Shown: piece by piece, positions 60,654 to 64,000 of the stretch
Numbering within the stretch: position 1 is the first letter of the stretch
Layout of the letters: each line of letters starts with the position of its first letter
Origin: an uncultured Bacteroidales bacterium
Lineage (GTDB): Bacteria > Bacteroidota > Bacteroidia > Bacteroidales > GCA-2748055
Assembly: GCA_963753765.1 (NCBI GenBank)
Contig: CAVWDQ010000023.1
Span: 136,586-200,585 of the forward strand
DNA: 64,000 nucleotides
Direction: 5' to 3'
The notes under the pieces: model-generated
The model's database searches: none
Told to the model about the DNA's origin: nothing
Seen by the model: only the letters and a program-made list of their open reading frames with translations
Position numbers and translations under genes: made by a program

Positions 60654-62733
60654 GCTTATCACCTTACTGATCCTTCCCATGCTGTTGAGCGCATGCCGCC
60701 AGGATCCGGACATCGTGAACACTTCAAGTCTGCTGAAGGAAATGAACGATTTATCCAGGCTGGCTGAGTGGCCGGATCATGCTTACAGGACTGTTCAGTA
60801 CTCATCCTACGACAGGCGGAGCACGCATCCGGATTCAGCCTTCTGGTTTGCCAATGAGGACGGGTTTGGGAATGAAGCCGTACCCGGATTTGAGGAAATC
60901 CTAAAAGACCCGAATACGGAGGGAATCGGTGAATACCTGATATGTGATCTGACAGGTCCCGGAGCCATAGTGAGGCTCTGGACGGCTGGCATCAGCGGAA
61001 GCATACGGTTTTACCTCGATGATATGGAATCGCCGGTGTATGAAGGGAGTGCTGAGGATTTCTTTTGGCTTACCCTGGATGTCCTGAGCGGGCAGGCAGG
61101 CCTCATGGACTCCCTGAATTCTTTCAGGCAATTCGATGCAGTATATTTCCCCATCCCTTTTGAAAAACGATGCCGCATAGAATGGATTGGCGATACAAAA
61201 GAGATTCATTTTTACCATGTGGGTGTCCGGCTTTATGATCCGGGCATCAAAGTGGAGACTTTCCAGAGAGAAAATATCTCCTCCTGCCTTCCCGTGCTGA
61301 AGGATATCAACCAAAAACTGCAGGAATCCATGCTTGATCAAAGTCCGGAGATCCATCAGGAACAATTGCCTGACCTTAAAATACCCGCTTCTACTACTGT
61401 AGACCTGATGAGTCAGGAAGGGCCGGCAGCCATTCAAGGCATCTCTTTGAAACTGAATACCGAGCTCAGCGAAAGCACCCTGAGACAAACAGTTCTCCGA
61501 ATATATTTCGATGATTCATCCAGACCCCAGGTTGAATCACCCCTGGGGGATTTTTTTGGTACGGCACCAGGGATTTATTCATTTCATTCCTTCCCCGTAT
61601 CCATCTCCAACGACAGCACCTTTGTATGCAGGTTCACTATGCCGTTTAAGGCTTCTGTCCGAATGGAGATAGAAAACTTTTCAGAAGAGGAAATCGGGAT
61701 AAGCGGATCGGTGATATCCACTCCCTATACCTGGAAGGACGTTTCTTCCATGCATTTCCATGCGCATTGGAAAGCAGATTATAAGCTGACTGCCCAGAGT
61801 ATGGGCAATCCAATGTCCCCGATAGAAGATATCTTATATGCGGAAGTTGAAGGGAAAGGTCGAATCGTCGGTGCTGCAGCTTACATCTACAATCCCAGCA
61901 ATGTACCTACTTCATGGGGCAATTGGTGGGGAGAAGGCGATGAAAAGATCTTCATAGACCGGGATACCTTTCCCTCTTTTTTTGGTACAGGGTCGGAGGA
62001 CTATTACAATTATTCATGGTCATCGTCACGCCTGTTCTCTTTCCCATACTGTGGACAACCACGAAATGACGGACCAGGCAACCGCGGCTATGCATCAAAT
62101 TTCAGATGGCATATTCTTGACGACATTCCTTTCAAAGAAGGCTTTGACTTTTACATGGAGCTGGGCCATCATGGAAGGGTTCCGGGCTTTACCTATGCCA
62201 GGATGGTCTATTATTACGCCTTGCCTGGCAGCCTGGAACATTCCCAGCAGTTAACAGCAGAGGATCTGTGCAAGATTAGTTACCAGTCCTGGAAACCAGA
62301 GGCTGCAGCCGGTTCGGCAGGCTATGACTTTATACAGGCAGAGGATCTTATTGCGCCTGGACTGAACCTCGAATTTGAAAGGGACGATTTATATGCCGGG
62401 AAAGGTGGCGTGCTATGGAAACCCAAAGGCCCCGGGGAGAAGATCTCCTTTGAGATAGAGTCTGAAAAAGAGCTGCCAGGTAAAATCGGGCTGACCTGCT
62501 CACATAGCCCGGAGGGTGCTAAGGTCTCTTTCAAAATCAATGGATCTATGATCAAATTTTCCGGCAAAGAAGTCATTGATCTGTATTCAAAATATAAAAT
62601 TCTTGATAACCATTTTTCAGAGAAACTGCTTCTTAAACCAGGGGGAAATACGATTGAAATAATATATATCGATGAGATACCTTTCAAGCACGTGGGGATT
62701 GATTTTATATGGGTGCCACATAATGATAAATAA
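60625..62733 (+). CDS. DUF2961 (GH172 family) lipoprotein, intact
   Basis: ATG 60625 (MRKNTLDCLRLITLLILPMLLSAC lipobox), which overlaps the upstream stop by 29 nt. Motifs are YRTVQYSSYDRRS, LTGPGAIVRLWTA, GDFFGT and WGEGDEKIFIDRDTFPSFFGTGSEDYYNYSW. Confidence 0.8.
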   Translation: MRKNTLDCLRLITLLILPMLLSACRQDPDIVNTSSLLKEMNDLSRLAEWPDHAYRTVQYSSYDRRSTHPDSAFWFANEDGFGNEAVPGFEEILKDPNTEGIGEYLICDLTGPGAIVRLWTAGISGSIRFYLDDMESPVYEGSAEDFFWLTLDVLSGQAGLMDSLNSFRQFDAVYFPIPFEKRCRIEWIGDTKEIHFYHVGVRLYDPGIKVETFQRENISSCLPVLKDINQKLQESMLDQSPEIHQEQLPDLKIPASTTVDLMSQEGPAAIQGISLKLNTELSESTLRQTVLRIYFDDSSRPQVESPLGDFFGTAPGIYSFHSFPVSISNDSTFVCRFTMPFKASVRMEIENFSEEEIGISGSVISTPYTWKDVSSMHFHAHWKADYKLTAQSMGNPMSPIEDILYAEVEGKGRIVGAAAYIYNPSNVPTSWGNWWGEGDEKIFIDRDTFPSFFGTGSEDYYNYSWSSSRLFSFPYCGQPRNDGPGNRGYASNFRWHILDDIPFKEGFDFYMELGHHGRVPGFTYARMVYYYALPGSLEHSQQLTAEDLCKISYQSWKPEAAAGSAGYDFIQAEDLIAPGLNLEFERDDLYAGKGGVLWKPKGPGEKISFEIESEKELPGKIGLTCSHSPEGAKVSFKINGSMIKFSGKEVIDLYSKYKILDNHFSEKLLLKPGGNTIEIIYIDEIPFKHVGIDFIWVPHNDK

Positions 62734-63889
62734 GCTAGCCCTCAAAAATCTGCGTGATGAATTGAGTGTTTTCCAGGTGAGGAACAAAACAATCCTTACC
62801 GGGAAAAGGGTAGTTTCAGTAGATGCCCTCAGGGGGTTTGACATGTTTTGGATCATGGGTGGAGATCTTGTTTTCAAGGGTTTGGATAATATATTCCATG
62901 GCAGGATCTCCGGTTTTCTTAAAGTACAGATGGACCATGTAGATTGGTTCGGATTTCACTTTTACGACATCATCATGCCTCTATTCCTATTTCTGGTAGG
63001 GGTTTCCATGGTATACTCCTACAGAAAAAGATTGGCAACAGCCACATCGGATCGCCCCATTTGGAAACATACCATCCAACGGGTACTCATATTGTGGATC
63101 CTGGGCATGGTAGTTCAGGGAAACCTGCTGACCTATGATATTGATAAAATACATTTCTATACCAACACACTGCAGGCCATTGCTGCAGGCTACCTGATTG
63201 CCACCGTATTTGTCCTGTACCTGCCTGTAACATTCCAAATACTTGCCACCGTGGGGCTTCTGGCTGTCTACTGGGCCATCATTGCACTCATACCTGTGGG
63301 GGAAAGTACACTGGGGGCCTACGATCCTGAGGGAAATGTGGCCATGTTTGTGGAAAAAACTGTGATGGGCCGTTTCATTGGCTGGGGTTCATACACCTGG
63401 ATCGTCTCCACACTGAATTTCGGTGCTACTGTTATGCTGGGAGTATTTTCAGGATACATGATGCAGGCCAGGGTCCATCGCTACAGAAAATTCTGGAATT
63501 TCCTTATTTACGGGGGTATCCTGGTAGCACTGGGCTTAATCATAGACCAGTGGCATCCGATAATAAAAAAAATCTGGACAAGTTCCTTTGTGCTTTTTTC
63601 CGGGGGCATCTGCGTGCTGATGCTGGGCATATTCTACCTGATAATCGATGTCTGGGGTTTACGAAAAGGCATCCGATGGTTAATCATCCTCGGGTCAAAT
63701 GCTATTTTTGGATATGTTGCCTGGCATTTGTTTGGAAACAATTTTGTCGGTATGGCAGAAGTACTTCTGAAAGGTTTCAACCAGTGGATTGCAACTTGGT
63801 TCGACACCATAAGGTATTTTGGTGGATTTATGATCATCTACCTGATCATGTGGTACATGTATCGAAACAAGACCTTCATTAAGATCTAA
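62723..63889 (+). CDS. DUF5009 / heparan-alpha-glucosaminide N-acetyltransferase-like integral membrane acyltransferase
   Basis: ATG 62723 overlaps the upstream stop by 11 nt. RVVSVDALRGFDMFWIMGGD is followed by about ten hydrophobic helices, which is the HGSNAT-like/DUF5009 pattern. Confidence 0.7.
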   Translation: MINKLALKNLRDELSVFQVRNKTILTGKRVVSVDALRGFDMFWIMGGDLVFKGLDNIFHGRISGFLKVQMDHVDWFGFHFYDIIMPLFLFLVGVSMVYSYRKRLATATSDRPIWKHTIQRVLILWILGMVVQGNLLTYDIDKIHFYTNTLQAIAAGYLIATVFVLYLPVTFQILATVGLLAVYWAIIALIPVGESTLGAYDPEGNVAMFVEKTVMGRFIGWGSYTWIVSTLNFGATVMLGVFSGYMMQARVHRYRKFWNFLIYGGILVALGLIIDQWHPIIKKIWTSSFVLFSGGICVLMLGIFYLIIDVWGLRKGIRWLIILGSNAIFGYVAWHLFGNNFVGMAEVLLKGFNQWIATWFDTIRYFGGFMIIYLIMWYMYRNKTFIKI

Positions 63890-64000
63890 TTTGCCTGTTT
63901 TTTTATTGTATTTTGTTTCAAATATTAATTCAATGCTTTCTCCACCCCTGAAACCAGCACTTTTTCCACCTCAATTATTCCGCTTGCTATCCTGACAAAT

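Noticed and set aside
43307-64000. Impression that GC content drops after about 43 kb (a possible island)
   Set aside because: I hand-counted single 60-nt lines: 35/60 at 13021, 30/60 at 46441, 23/60 at 49801, 27/60 at 51001 and 32/60 at 60001. The sample is too small and too noisy, so a sliding-window GC and codon-usage calculation is needed before any claim.
1-64000. Scan for CRISPR arrays, tRNA/rRNA genes, long tandem repeats and defence-system genes (nucleases, ATPases, toxin-antitoxin pairs)
   Set aside because: I saw no repeat-spacer periodicity, no cloverleaf-like or rRNA-like sequence, and no ORF with defence-type motifs. Intergenic regions are short apart from 43307-43600 and 45164-45373.

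Overview
This is a 64-kb Bacteroidota-style glycan-utilisation region, recognisable by its lipoprotein and Tat signal peptides, one SusC/SusD pair and many CAZyme-like genes. I call about 40 protein-coding loci. The glycan-active ones are GH92, GH130, GH29, a sulfatase, GH16, GH140-like, GH106-like, GH31-like, two GH3 and two DUF2961/GH172 paralogs. The rest include an AGE-family epimerase, two Gfo/Idh/MocA oxidoreductases, a 1130-aa HEAT + 2x DUF1080 protein, a 1105-aa DUF5107/TPR protein, two sugar transporters, a LacI-type regulator with fucI and fucP, and a penicillin/AHL-acylase-family gene. I saw no rRNA, tRNA, CRISPR array, transposase or integrase. The dominant unexplained signal is reading-frame damage. 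About half of the loci need one or more frame changes to read as their family, and the changes cluster in short patches. From about 43.3 to 59.6 kb the damage is extreme: fucI, fucP, susC, susD, a DUF2961 copy and GT4/GH3 remnants are all shattered. Undamaged runs lie at about 50.4-53.8 kb and 59.6-64 kb and do not follow gene boundaries. I lean toward patchy assembly or consensus error for the densest patches, but real pseudogenisation cannot be excluded from sequence alone. The secondary leads are (1) a Tat-exported RidA + SelA/DgaE-like + FAD-oxidoreductase operon, (2) a Tat-Gfo/Idh/MocA + HEAT-DUF1080x2 pair suggesting oxidative glycoside cleavage, (3) an epimerase-transporter-TIM barrel-dehydrogenase cassette, (4) URO-D-superfamily paralogs in a mannoside cluster, and (5) an aminotransferase + ornithine-cyclodeaminase-like pair inside a glycosidase operon.
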